Source of the DNA: a virus
Strand: one strand, 5' to 3'
Virus record (IMG/VR): IMGVR_UViG_3300031885_000010
Coordinates: 2,440-66,439 of that record
DNA length: 64,000 bases
The notes below the pieces were generated by a model. It worked only from the letters and a program-made list of their open reading frames with translations. It ran no database searches and had not been told where the DNA came from. Positions 38,054-48,375 of the stretch are shown here, piece by piece. The position numbers and the translations under genes are program-made. How positions within the stretch are numbered: the stretch's first letter is position 1; every line of letters begins with the position of its first letter.

Positions 38054-38150
38054 CCCAACAAAAAAGCCACCTCCAGCCGGTGCACCGAAGATGGCTTTTC
38101 CAATTACATTGGGGAGGGATTTATCGGGAGCTACCCGACTATCCCCAAAG
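38054..38150 (-). promoter_or_regulatory. Structured leader: GGGTAGCTCCC hairpin plus terminator-like stem
   Basis: TCGGG-TAGCT-CCCGA inside TTGGGGA...TCCCCAA, then AAAAGCCATCTTC...GGAGGTGGCTTTTT. Confidence 0.5.
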
Positions 38151-38640
38151 ATTATTAATTAATATTCTGTTTCTATCATGTCCATGCCCTTGGCGATATA
38201 CCCAAATGTTAGAATTCTATTTTATAGTCACTTTCTTAGTTCCAACTTCTCTGCCTTCATCAACTACAACAATAAACTCCTCTTTGTATAAAATATCTAT
38301 ATCAATATAATCAACTTGTGTCTGATTTGTCATTCCCTTATTCTCAATTAATTCTTTCAAGTCTTCCCATGTCATGTCTATTATCCCTGATAATATATCC
38401 TTTTTTTAATAGAATTAACTCATAATAAAACAATTCTTTCGACCTATTTCTCTCCACATATCTTCCGTTAAGGGAAATGTATCAGGTTCCATTTTCACAT
38501 TGTGGATAATATCTGTTGGCCAAAACCAAGAACACTGATCACAAACATGATGTTTTCTATTTGTTAAATGCACTTCTCCTTTTTCTATATCAAGTTGCTT
38601 TTCACAAATGAAACATTTAATTATATTCATATCTCCTCTC

Positions 38641-39279
38641 TTATGTCCACGCTCTTGGGTTTATCCCTTTCTCCACTACCTTCACTGGTTGCTGAGCATC
38701 ACTCACCTCAAACTCCGCCAGTACATACCGTAAAGCATTAATCGCAAAGAACCTCTCAGGCGGGTCATCCTTCTTAATCTCCCTAAGCTGTGAATGTATC
38801 ACAAATTCCCGTGGAATGTCAAGTCCTTTTATTTCCCGAAGCCAACGCTTAATCATTTCTATGCCATAGAAGAAGTCATAGGCTTTAGGTGCATCCCTCA
38901 ACCGAACCTCTTGTTTAGGACGTTTCTTACGATGTGTCTCATAAAGAGACTGAGAAAATGAGTCATACTTGCTATTGAAATCGGTGCATATCTCAGTCAC
39001 TCCGAATATTCCCATTTCATCAAAAAGCTTGTCGAATAGCCCACTGACGGTTGGAGCCTTGAATTCTCCTACCATAGATAGAGTGTACTGTCCGGTCAAC
39101 AGTTTGATGTCCCTCTGTGCAAGGATGCAGAAGTATCCGCCTGGATTATCGGGAGTCGGCCATGCCAATCCTACTCTGGCTCCACGGAAGAACTCCTTGT
39201 CTGTTCTGCCATCAGTATTGGTTTCGATGGTGAATGGCCCACCTGCCGTATGGATTCTACGGTTTGACATGAGATGCAT
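38641..39279 (-). CDS. Possible stand-alone terminase-nuclease-like (RNase H fold) protein
   Basis: VGLAWP...GYFCILA beta pattern; between terminase and portal. Confidence 0.4.
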   Translation of the reverse strand: MHLMSNRRIHTAGGPFTIETNTDGRTDKEFFRGARVGLAWPTPDNPGGYFCILAQRDIKLLTGQYTLSMVGEFKAPTVSGLFDKLFDEMGIFGVTEICTDFNSKYDSFSQSLYETHRKKRPKQEVRLRDAPKAYDFFYGIEMIKRWLREIKGLDIPREFVIHSQLREIKKDDPPERFFAINALRYVLAEFEVSDAQQPVKVVEKGINPRAWT

Positions 39280-39800
39280 ACCTCTTATCTAAAGGTGGAG
39301 AGGGTGGAGGCGGAATTGTAGGTGGTTCAACAACTCTGCCTAATAGCGGTTCTCCAGCCATCTTATCCACCATTTTTGGTTCTTCCGATCTCCCGCTTGC
39401 CCATTCAAAGATTGTTTTAGCAGTCTCCATTACATCATCTGCAAAATTCTTCTTGTTGGCCTTAACATAGGTGGTAGATGGATGTGGACCAATAATATCA
39501 GTTGCCAATCTTACACACTGCAATTTCAAATCTTCTTTTTCCATGATTAATCCTCCTCTTTTAAGTTTTCTAATTCAGATTCAAGTTCTTCCATCCTGCT
39601 ATAGCATAATTTAACCACCTCTTTTTTGTGTTCTTCTTGCAGACGGTTCAGGTGGATATCATCAGCATAGAATACCTGTGCGCTTCCATTTTGGTTTTGC
39701 TGAAGACACGCTGATATCCTTTTTCTATCATCTACTATCCGAAGCACCTTTCTGGCCGTATCAAACTTCATTTTATATCCTCCTCTCTAATGGTTAATTG

Positions 39801-39839
39801 TTATAGCAACTCAGGGAACAATAAGTCCACCTGATATTG
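39801..39839 (-). repeat. Recoded duplicate of terminase last 12 codons plus stop
   Basis: Encodes QYQVDLLFPELL*, identical peptide to 40302-40340. Confidence 0.9.
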
Positions 39840-40301
39840 ATTTATTAAATTGGATGTTCTTTACGATATTCATAATATTTATCCCACATTTGATGTCTTT
39901 CCTCATCATTCATCTCAAATAAATAATGAAAGAGATGGGAACAATACTTCTTTTTCCATTCATGATCGCTCAAGAATACTTTGTCCAACTGTATCCTGAT
40001 CCAATGTAACATATAATATCCCTCCTCATAACAATTCTGGAAACAGCAAATCAACTTGATACCGCCTCACCATGCACTCATGTCCAAGTATGTTTATAAT
40101 TTTTTATCTCTATTGGATTAATTCTAAGTCCACATAAAACACAAACGGTTGATCCGACAACAGAATATTCTGGTCCTAACTTAGAATAATGATCTTCAAA
40201 AACATGAAATGGACAAGAGAGTTGCTCCATTTCGATTTCCTTACATTTCTTTAATAAACTTTCTAATCTGTTTTCTTGATCTGTCATCGCAACATTCTCT
40301 C

Positions 40302-42326
40302 TTACAATAATTCAGGAAATAATAAATCAACTTGGTACTGCCTTGCCATACATTCATAATTAAAGCTGTGCCTGAAATGGTCTTCCCCCAGCTTTTTATA
40401 CACATATCTCTTAGCCCCAGTGGGCTTCCCATCTTTATCCTTTTCTTCAATTAGCTCCTTACCAGCATTATGAAGTTGTTCTGCAAACTTCTTCATAAGA
40501 TCACAATCCTTGGGAAAAGTGATATTCCCCTCTTGTACCTCGTAATGGGACGCATCGAGACTCTCGGTACGATTGCATAGAACCATCATCTTCTCTTCAT
40601 CCCAGATGTAATCTCCCTTCTGGCGCTCTCTGTAGAAATTCAGGAATACTCTGCCCTTATGTTTCGTTGCAAATGCACGGGCATTACGGGTTTCCGGCTG
40701 GAGGTCACACACACAGCGATTAACATGAAATTTCTCCATTAGTGTATTAAGTTCGCTCCAATCCTTATAAATTCCAATATGGACTATCTTTCCTGCTTTC
40801 TCCAGCACTCGTTTCCCTATTGTTACATGAAGCGAGTGTGACATCTGATCTACACCCATAGTGCATGGCCCAGGATCAGAATCGGCTATTCCATCATCCC
40901 TGCACAGATCAAGTACTTCCCTAACAGTAAGTCTATTCTCTGCTTCGACAAAGGCTGATCCTATAGTAAGGTTATAGAACTGTTTAATATTAGATGTAGT
41001 GTTATATTCATCCAATATTTCTTGTGGAGATACAAACCAACTCCATAACTGGCTGTAGTGTCTGCCTCTAATATTAGTAATGGCCGGACGTTTGGCCACC
41101 CATTCACCTACCGATGGATTCAACTCGGCATCTCTACACGACTGGCATAGTCTCACCACTCCTCCATCCCATTCCACAATACACTCAGGGAATGTATCTT
41201 CCATGCAGGTGTATTTATTGCACTTGGGACATTTCAATAACCAGTATCTCATGTCACTGCGCTGAAATTGCTTGTTTATGCCATAGTCAGGAAGAGTAGG
41301 ATTAGAGAGCATGGCTATTTCTTTAAACTGAGAATGTGATAATCTTTTTAATGCCATCGCCATTCGATCTTCAGTTGCTTCATCCAATTCATCGAATATA
41401 ATGTAATCCCCAGGAGCACTTTTGACACCAATAGCACTATTCATTCCACGGAAAAGAAGGAATGTATTCCAGAGACGTTTAACAGTAGTATTGTTTGTTT
41501 CCTGTATCCAATTGCCTATTGTGTCTGGATTTTCTTCAATAAGGGGAGCAATACGAGTTCTACTGAAGTCTATAACGTCTGTCTTGGATGGAAAATAATA
41601 AAGAATATTCCTATATTTCCTAAATCTGGCTCGATGTATTACCCTACACATTTCCATAGAAGTAATACACATCTGCGTTGCTTTTTCATTTACAGTAAAC
41701 GGATGATCCTCAGTATAAGGTTCTATTAAGTATTCATGCTTTCTAAATGTTAATGGTTCACCATCAAGGATGATGGCATTCTTTTCTACCCACTCCTTGA
41801 GTGAAGGAACAGTTTCCCGAATCCCAAGTGGTATGGCTTCTCCAGTATCAAGGGCTACCCGTTTCGCTTCTACATCAGCCAATGATGCCACAAGGGGAGT
41901 CTGTTTCGCACTCCCACGCCTTCCCCTTCTTGGTTGTGGTTCGGCAATCTGTGTCCTAAATATTAGTCTTGGCCGATCAGAGAATAGAGCTTCTTTATCA
42001 ATGTTGTGAAGCCCTAATTGTTTATTGAGTCTGGATTTAAAATTATAGTAACTATTAATGTTAATATTAAATCGTTTGGCAATCTCTGCCCCTCTAACAC
42101 CCTTAGCAGATAGTTTTCGGATTGCTGTCTTCTCCTCACGGGTAAGAGGAGAACGGTGAGGCATACCAGGTCTGCCCCCTCCGCCAAAAAACCTGTGTCC
42201 CTTGGCTGCACCTCTTCTAAATGCAGGCTCACCTTCAGGTTCACTCTCAGACTCTAAGGCGGGAGTATCAGTCTCTAAGGCAGGAGTGTCTTCTAAAGTA
42301 GAAGTATCTATTGCAGCTTCCATCAA
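40302..42326 (-). CDS. Terminase large subunit (lambda GpA-like) with N-terminal HTH extension
   Basis: KATQMCIT Walker-A-like, IFDELDE Walker B, LSNPT, CPKC...CQSC, MGVD nuclease motif. Confidence 0.9.
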   Translation of the reverse strand: MMEAAIDTSTLEDTPALETDTPALESESEPEGEPAFRRGAAKGHRFFGGGGRPGMPHRSPLTREEKTAIRKLSAKGVRGAEIAKRFNININSYYNFKSRLNKQLGLHNIDKEALFSDRPRLIFRTQIAEPQPRRGRRGSAKQTPLVASLADVEAKRVALDTGEAIPLGIRETVPSLKEWVEKNAIILDGEPLTFRKHEYLIEPYTEDHPFTVNEKATQMCITSMEMCRVIHRARFRKYRNILYYFPSKTDVIDFSRTRIAPLIEENPDTIGNWIQETNNTTVKRLWNTFLLFRGMNSAIGVKSAPGDYIIFDELDEATEDRMAMALKRLSHSQFKEIAMLSNPTLPDYGINKQFQRSDMRYWLLKCPKCNKYTCMEDTFPECIVEWDGGVVRLCQSCRDAELNPSVGEWVAKRPAITNIRGRHYSQLWSWFVSPQEILDEYNTTSNIKQFYNLTIGSAFVEAENRLTVREVLDLCRDDGIADSDPGPCTMGVDQMSHSLHVTIGKRVLEKAGKIVHIGIYKDWSELNTLMEKFHVNRCVCDLQPETRNARAFATKHKGRVFLNFYRERQKGDYIWDEEKMMVLCNRTESLDASHYEVQEGNITFPKDCDLMKKFAEQLHNAGKELIEEKDKDGKPTGAKRYVYKKLGEDHFRHSFNYECMARQYQVDLLFPELL

Positions 42327-42378
42327 TCTTTGCGTTCACCAATCAATGCATATTCACTATTTAGTAAACACTGTGAAT

Positions 42379-42543
42379 TTATAGTGGACTCGCAGGCCCC
42401 TTACTTCCCGTTCCACCCTGTTCCTTGGGTGCAATCACATTCTTCTTATGTCCCTTCAATCCCTCACTGGTATTGGGATCAGGGGTATTACCTTGATTGG
42501 AACTGGACTTTGGCGATGCTTTCGTGTTAGCTATCTTCTTCAT
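42379..42543 (-). CDS. Small disordered protein (54 aa, not in ORF track), ends ASPL
   Basis: AAGGAG RBS; MKKIANTKASPKSSSNQG...GPASPL. Confidence 0.6.
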   Translation of the reverse strand: MKKIANTKASPKSSSNQGNTPDPNTSEGLKGHKKNVIAPKEQGGTGSKGPASPL

Positions 42544-42866
42544 AATCTTTCTCCTTTTTTTGCAATGGCTAATAATATCTCTGAATTATCCCTTAATACT
42601 TGATGAATAGCCGATCCAAAGGTAGCAATGGTCTGATGATTTAGGTTGAGACTGTAGGTATCATTAATCATTTCTGCAACCTCATGCCACAGATCACTCA
42701 TTAATCCATCAGTTTTCCTGTCATCGGAACATATGACTATTCTTTGATGCCAGCCAGCAGCAGATGCGGAAGTGGTTTTAAGACTATCTTTGCTATCAAT
42801 AAATGATAACTCGAAATCTCTATCTCCAATACGCATCTTCAGTTTAGATTCGGCAGATGGTTTCAT
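42540..42866 (-). CDS. Zincin-like small protein
   Basis: LWHEVAE motif; HQVLRDN. Confidence 0.55.
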   Translation of the reverse strand: MKPSAESKLKMRIGDRDFELSFIDSKDSLKTTSASAAGWHQRIVICSDDRKTDGLMSDLWHEVAEMINDTYSLNLNHQTIATFGSAIHQVLRDNSEILLAIAKKGERL

Positions 42867-43057
42867 AGTGGTTTCGCCGTACTATGATCTCCCTTTCCAT
42901 CTATCTCCCTACTCTTCTCACCTTTCCATGGTCTTGGTCCCGTCCATTCTCTCGCCTGTTCCCCACTCTTGATTCTCTCACCCTTTTTATAAGGCATTAC
43001 TGGCTCTGGAGTTTCTATCCCAGCAGCTATTTCCATCTTTCTAATACCGTTTGGCAT
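42863..43057 (-). CDS. Small protein ending GKGDHSTAKPL
   Basis: AGGAGG RBS. Confidence 0.65.
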   Translation of the reverse strand: MPNGIRKMEIAAGIETPEPVMPYKKGERIKSGEQAREWTGPRPWKGEKSREIDGKGDHSTAKPL

Positions 43058-43081
43058 ATTATATCCTCCTATAATGTAAAG

Positions 43082-43273
43082 TTATAATGGTTGTGCCGTA
43101 ACATAGAAATACCCTCTGGGACATTTTATATCCTCAATTACAGTTAATCCAAGAATATATTTGTCTAAAATTATCCCAGGACTTACATAGAGATACTTTG
43201 CCGAAGAACCATTGTGCTTATTATACTCCTTCAATAATTCTGTAACCATGTCTTCAAGACTATCAAGTTTCAT
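43082..43273 (-). CDS. Small protein ending VTAQPL
   Basis: ORF in late operon. Confidence 0.55.
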   Translation of the reverse strand: MKLDSLEDMVTELLKEYNKHNGSSAKYLYVSPGIILDKYILGLTVIEDIKCPRGYFYVTAQPL

Positions 43274-43282
43274 TACAGGTTC

Positions 43283-43516
43283 CTATAATGGTTGTGCAGT
43301 ACTGTGATCCCCCTTCCCAGACTTCTTACTGGACTCAGGTAGATCCTTACCTCCAGCCTCCTTAAGATGAGATTTCAATTCTGCTTTAGTAATACCAGGC
43401 ATCTGAGAACCTTTGCCAGCTTTCCTCCGAGCATATTCTGCGCCGAACAGTCCTCTCTGTTTTTCTGAAGTAATTGGTGTGTGTGCCCTTCCACTTTTAC
43501 ATGCTTTAGTTGTCAT
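43283..43516 (-). CDS. Small basic protein ending GKGDHSTAQPL
   Basis: AGGAGG RBS; SEKQR motif. Confidence 0.65.
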   Translation of the reverse strand: MTTKACKSGRAHTPITSEKQRGLFGAEYARRKAGKGSQMPGITKAELKSHLKEAGGKDLPESSKKSGKGDHSTAQPL

Positions 43517-44132
43517 TTTCAGCTTCCTCCTTTCTTTCCCTTAAACAATGATAGATTACCAATAGGCATATTGCTGACAGGTTGCACCATTGGAGGTTCC
43601 TCAAAGTTGCGTACCACATCTCTTGCTTGCTCCAGCATCCCATAACAGAGTAGCTTATTGACCAATGGCCCATTCACATTCAAGCTTCCATCCTCCCTCA
43701 ATGTAATAATGATTTTCATCTCCGGCATATCATCCTCCATCTATCATAAAGGTTGGCAGAGCTTCATAATCCCTTTCCCGTACTTCTCCACAATTTACAC
43801 AGCATCTAACCTTGCCTGCAAAATGTCCAGGTGCCCACATATAATCAATCCAATTAGTCAATTCAATATGTGAACAGTTGGCACGCAGTTCAGCTATCTC
43901 TCGCTCATGACGATCCCGCATTTGCCCAATATTTTCAGTCATCTATTCCTCCTACATCGGATGACTTTCATCAATCTTCTTCCCTGTCAACTCATGCCAT
44001 GCAAACAGAACTTTTTGGAATAGTTTTATTGTATCAAATATTTCTTGCGGAGACATACGTAATGTATCCTCATTACCTTGTACGAAAAAGGATGCACCAT
44101 CATCTCTTACTTCATAAAGTTCTATTGGTGGC

Positions 44133-44399
44133 CTACCCATAGTATAAACACCCCATATTCCTCAACCATGCCTGTGGCCCAAAGTTCATAGGGAACATCT
44201 TACAGAACTCCGGTTTCTCTTCATGTATCTCACATTTATTATCCTTTGTCAACCACTTGCAACGGGAAGGCAGGAATGCCTCCATACCTTTAATAGTTCC
44301 CCCTCGGCCTTCTACCCACTTGAGATCGAAGCCTATAGATGAGAGAGGGATGCAAAGTACCTGACAGCATCGGGCACATCCATGGCAATGCGGCTTCAT
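44133..44399 (-). CDS. YkgJ-like CxxCxxCC metal-cluster protein
   Basis: CHGCARCC...CKWL...CEIHEEKPEFCKMFP. Confidence 0.85.
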   Translation of the reverse strand: MKPHCHGCARCCQVLCIPLSSIGFDLKWVEGRGGTIKGMEAFLPSRCKWLTKDNKCEIHEEKPEFCKMFPMNFGPQAWLRNMGCLYYG

Positions 44400-44686
44400 G
44401 GCTCCATCTTCCCCTCTACTCCTCTGGCTTCCCGATCCGCCGTCCTACGCTCCAACCAAGAAAGGGCCTCTCGCAGTTTCCCTATGGCGACAGCATTTTC
44501 CCGACAAGGGAACTTTGCATTCATCCTACGTATCCTGTCAATCAACACTTTAATCACTTCCTCGTTCGTCGTTCCATTGATGATCGTACCATCATCCCTC
44601 ATTTCATAGAAGGATAATATGGGTGCAACCTTGCTCTGCTTCATCTGCTTCAATTGGTAATTATGACCGTCATCTAACGCTTTCAT
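44396..44686 (-). CDS. tad1: Tad1-like anti-defence nucleotide-sponge protein
   Basis: NGTTNEEVIKVLIDRI...FPCRENAVAIGKLREALSWLERRTADREARGVEG resembles the Tad1 helical-hairpin C-terminus as I recall it. Confidence 0.78.
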   Translation of the reverse strand: MKALDDGHNYQLKQMKQSKVAPILSFYEMRDDGTIINGTTNEEVIKVLIDRIRRMNAKFPCRENAVAIGKLREALSWLERRTADREARGVEGKMEP

Positions 44687-45261
44687 GGTTTTCTCCTCAT
44701 CCTTGGTTGTAGAGAGCCGTAGTTTTTAAACACTCACGGCAAAAGTAGACAGCCACCGCACAACAATCATGTAACCAATAGTTCCCCTTGCCTTCATTGG
44801 GATGCAGGTCTGCTACAAATTGGATAAAATCCCGTGGACAGATTGGCTTATCTTCTTTATTCATACCCTCATGTGCCACAAACCCAATTCTTGCTTCGCC
44901 TTGACATCGACAACACTCCGTTGTTTCTGGAAATTCATTTTGCCATGAATATTGTAATCCTTCTTTACCGATTGTTATTTTCATGGTTTTCTCCTCTCAC
45001 CTTTCATTTCATCTTTTGAAATGAAATATCACATTGTGATAGATCGATATTGATTCCACCCCCAAGCCATTTGTAGCCCAATTTTCTAAGGGCCTTCTCG
45101 ATCTTATGCCTTTCTGCCGGCAACAATGCAGGTTTGATCGTTAAAATATAAACCTGCTTCGTCTGGGTTTTCATGGATTTCTCTAACTGACTTGCCGTTA
45201 ATCCACTACCTGTACAACTTACTTCTATACCTTTCATTCTCATGGTTTCCTCCTCCATAGA

Positions 45262-45489
45262 TTACACGACTTTTGAAATACAACACTTTTTAAATTTTAA
45301 CCCGCTTCCACATGGACACAGATCATTCCGTCCAATCTTTACACGTTGAATGAGAGTATATTTCTGCTCCTGAAGCTCATCCAACCTTTTATCCATTTTG
45401 GACATAACTTCGGAATCTGTACTTCCTTTAAAGAACTCCATTAACCTCTTGGATTCTTCTTCTGATATTTTATATTCTGTTTCTTGCAT
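45262..45489 (-). CDS. SEC-C motif protein
   Basis: [20 protein letters not shown]. Confidence 0.88.
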   Translation of the reverse strand: MQETEYKISEEESKRLMEFFKGSTDSEVMSKMDKRLDELQEQKYTLIQRVKIGRNDLCPCGSGLKFKKCCISKVV

Positions 45490-46219
45490 GGTTTCCTCCT
45501 CCATACACCTGATTGGTGTATGATTGTTAATGTTGAATTGATCTTACCTTTTTAATACTCTCCCTTGCCACCAGATCCTTCGGATGAGATGCAAGATGCA
45601 TACTCCAAGCTTTCTCTTTATTCTTGGCCGTCCTATCAAATTGCCGTTGGTATTTTCGCAGGTGTGCCACATGCTGTGCTCCCTTCTTACTCTGCCCGCC
45701 AACCTTTGTCTTAGACTTTGTTATCGTTTTTTCAATAGTCTGAGATTTACCCATTGATTTTCACCATAGTCATCTCATTCATTTCTTCCATCATTGTATT
45801 TAAGCAGTCAATAAAAGTGGAGACGGACATTTCTTTATCAAGCATTAAAATAGTATACACACGATCATTCTTTTCAGGCCGATCAAATATCCCCTTGAGA
45901 AAAAGATTTTCCAATTCATCACGGATAATTCCCAACTCCAAAAGATTAGGATGATTTCTAATGTTAGAAAATTTTATACAAACACCATCCATGCTAATTT
46001 CCTATAAATAGTTGAGGCCCACAAGCATTAACGTTCCGCCGATGGGCCTCGCCGAAAGGAGGGTAAATCGAGATGTACCATATATTTATGTTAGTCTTAG
46101 ACTACCTGCTGTAAATGTCGCACAACGAGAACCACTTGATATATAATAGCCACTCTCTGTTTGAATTCCCCAGGAAGGATTGTGCGAGCCAATACTGGGG
46201 CTATCATTTGACCCGCTTT

Positions 46220-46417
46220 TTAGAAAGGGCGTACAAGCACTTTCATCCGTGTCATATCTACCTTTATACCTTTTCCCAGTATTGTGTTAATAGCTGCTGA
46301 CTGACCATCATTGGCCACGATTGGCTCTGGTCCGAATATCAATTTCTCCTGTGCATTAACCTCCTCTACTTCTTTTTTCGTCGGTGTCTCCAAAATAGCT
46401 ACTTCAAATAACGGCAT
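46220..46417 (-). CDS. Hypothetical conserved phage protein, first gene of leftward operon
   Basis: GGAGG RBS before MPLFEVAILE...VLVRPF. Confidence 0.65.
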   Translation of the reverse strand: MPLFEVAILETPTKKEVEEVNAQEKLIFGPEPIVANDGQSAAINTILGKGIKVDMTRMKVLVRPF

Positions 46418-46710
46418 ATTTATCACCTCCTCTATAATTAATATTTTATTTTTCCTATGCACCTATCCCATATCATAATCTCCGCCGTTTGTCAACCCCA
46501 TCCTACAACAATCCATCCATCAAAATACATTTAGCCATTGGCACGATAATTTCCATCATGGTTTGGCACGAATATTTCCCACATATAGATCCAAATTTAA
46601 TTATGGAGTTGGCATAATAATTGACGATATCAATATATGTACCATCTATACACTACAAGTAATGTATCATATTAGGTTTACCATAATAACTTGATGTAAC
46701 TATTGATGTA

Positions 46711-46761
46711 TCAGGTTACATTCACTACGATAACTTCAGGTTACATTCACTACGATAACTT
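46711..46761. repeat. Tandem 25-bp direct repeat TCAGGTTACATTCACTACGATAACT x2
   Basis: Read directly; followed by TAATATCCA(T) x3 at about 46785-46815. Confidence 0.85.
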
Positions 46762-47468
46762 GATGTATCACATTAGATTTAATTTTAATATCCATTAATA
46801 TCCATTAATATCCAATACCTATATGTACAATCTTAATGTGTTAGATTAAGTTTTATTAATGTATCACGTTAGGTTTACTACTGTAACTACTTGTATGTGT
46901 GAGATATACTCTGTGTATGGGGGAGGGTAGAGTCACATATATGTAGAAGGGATCACGCAGGCATGGGCCTTTCACGACTATGGGGTATGGGGTATGTCTG
47001 GGGTTGACATAGGTATAAATAACGTCTGATAAGAAAGAATTATGTCTGCTGTATAACTTTTGTATTACTTAATACATTCAATACTTTATATTATAATACT
47101 TAAAGGATCATTTTTCCTACCACCAGCAAACCCTTGATAATAGGACATTGTGAAATAGCTATAAATCAGATCACAAGCACATAATCCGGGATAGTACTAA
47201 TGTCTGATTATCTGTTGATAGTATAATCGTATTATCAAATTAACTGTTTAACTCCCTATCAAGTTGTCTATACAACCTTACAACCTACTTGTATAGTTAT
47301 CTATACAACTTTACATCTATCTCTTATACGCAGGCGTATAGATGCATATGAGCATACATATTACATATGAGCGTACACGTGAGTGTGAGCAATCAAGTGC
47401 AGGTGCATAGTGAATGAGCGGATACAGGTGCAGGTGTGTATCATTAAAAGAGAGAAGCCGGTTTTCAG

Positions 47469-47497
47469 TTGACAAACTTTGTTACTCAGTATATAAA
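47469..47497 (+). promoter_or_regulatory. Sigma70-type promoter
   Basis: TTGACA-17 bp-TATAAA. Confidence 0.55.
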
Positions 47498-47634
47498 ATT
47501 TTATTCTCAATCAAATTATGGGCTTAAATGAATTATCGACATTTCAACAGTCCGTAAATTGTCACCGGGTTGCAGAATACTGCACTTGTTCAAAAGTGGG
47601 CAGTATGAAATCATTAAGGAATTATTATTTTGGG

Positions 47635-47651
47635 TTGGCATGGAGTTTGCT
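47635..47651 (+). promoter_or_regulatory. Sigma54-type -24/-12 promoter
   Basis: TTGGCATGGAGTTTGCT matches TGGCAY-N5-TTGCW, upstream of early genes. Confidence 0.55.
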
Positions 47652-47905
47652 ACAATATAAATTGAAATTTGGAATTAACCCTTAATGGATAAGATATAAT
47701 ATGAAAACTCTATTAGAAATTACTGAATATTGTAAGTTAAAATCTTGTTACTCAAAGGAAGGGAAAATAGAACGATGTAATTATCTGAAAAAGGCTCGTT
47801 GCAATAAAACCTTTTGTGGAATAGTTTATGTTAAACGAGGTCAATGGTATTGTAATAAACCTTGACAGTCTGATAAAACAACAGACAAGAAAGAGAGGTT
47901 ATAAA

Positions 47906-48319
47906 ATGAATGAAAGAATATTTCAAACAGGTAAGAGATTACAAATAGCTATTGATAATCCAGAGAAATTTGAAGGAATGCAAGACTATCTTGATCGAGC
48001 CTTTGCTTATTTAATGTTCGATCAAGATGGAGATGCACCGGAAAAAATCTTTAATGGTGCATGGTTTGAAGTGCCATATTGGATTGAGAAGTATCATAAC
48101 AAATTGGATGATGATTTAAATGATAAATATCTGTGTGAATATATTCCAGGACACTATGAACCATTGAAATATGGCCATATTCAAGAGTATGAAGGAAAAC
48201 AGTATAAATATATTGATAGTCAATCCTTAAGTGAAGAAATGGAACACCAAACAAAGGATGGAAAATATATTTATGAAAATAGGGGTTATTCATTTCTCAG
48301 AATATGGCGGTTAGTATAG
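47906..48319 (+). CDS. Hypothetical early protein
   Basis: GAGG RBS, MNERIFQ. Confidence 0.65.
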   Translation: MNERIFQTGKRLQIAIDNPEKFEGMQDYLDRAFAYLMFDQDGDAPEKIFNGAWFEVPYWIEKYHNKLDDDLNDKYLCEYIPGHYEPLKYGHIQEYEGKQYKYIDSQSLSEEMEHQTKDGKYIYENRGYSFLRIWRLV

Positions 48320-48375
48320 TAGGATTAACCTTTGATTGCTCGATAGATCATCGAAGCAAGAAAGAGAGGTGATAA

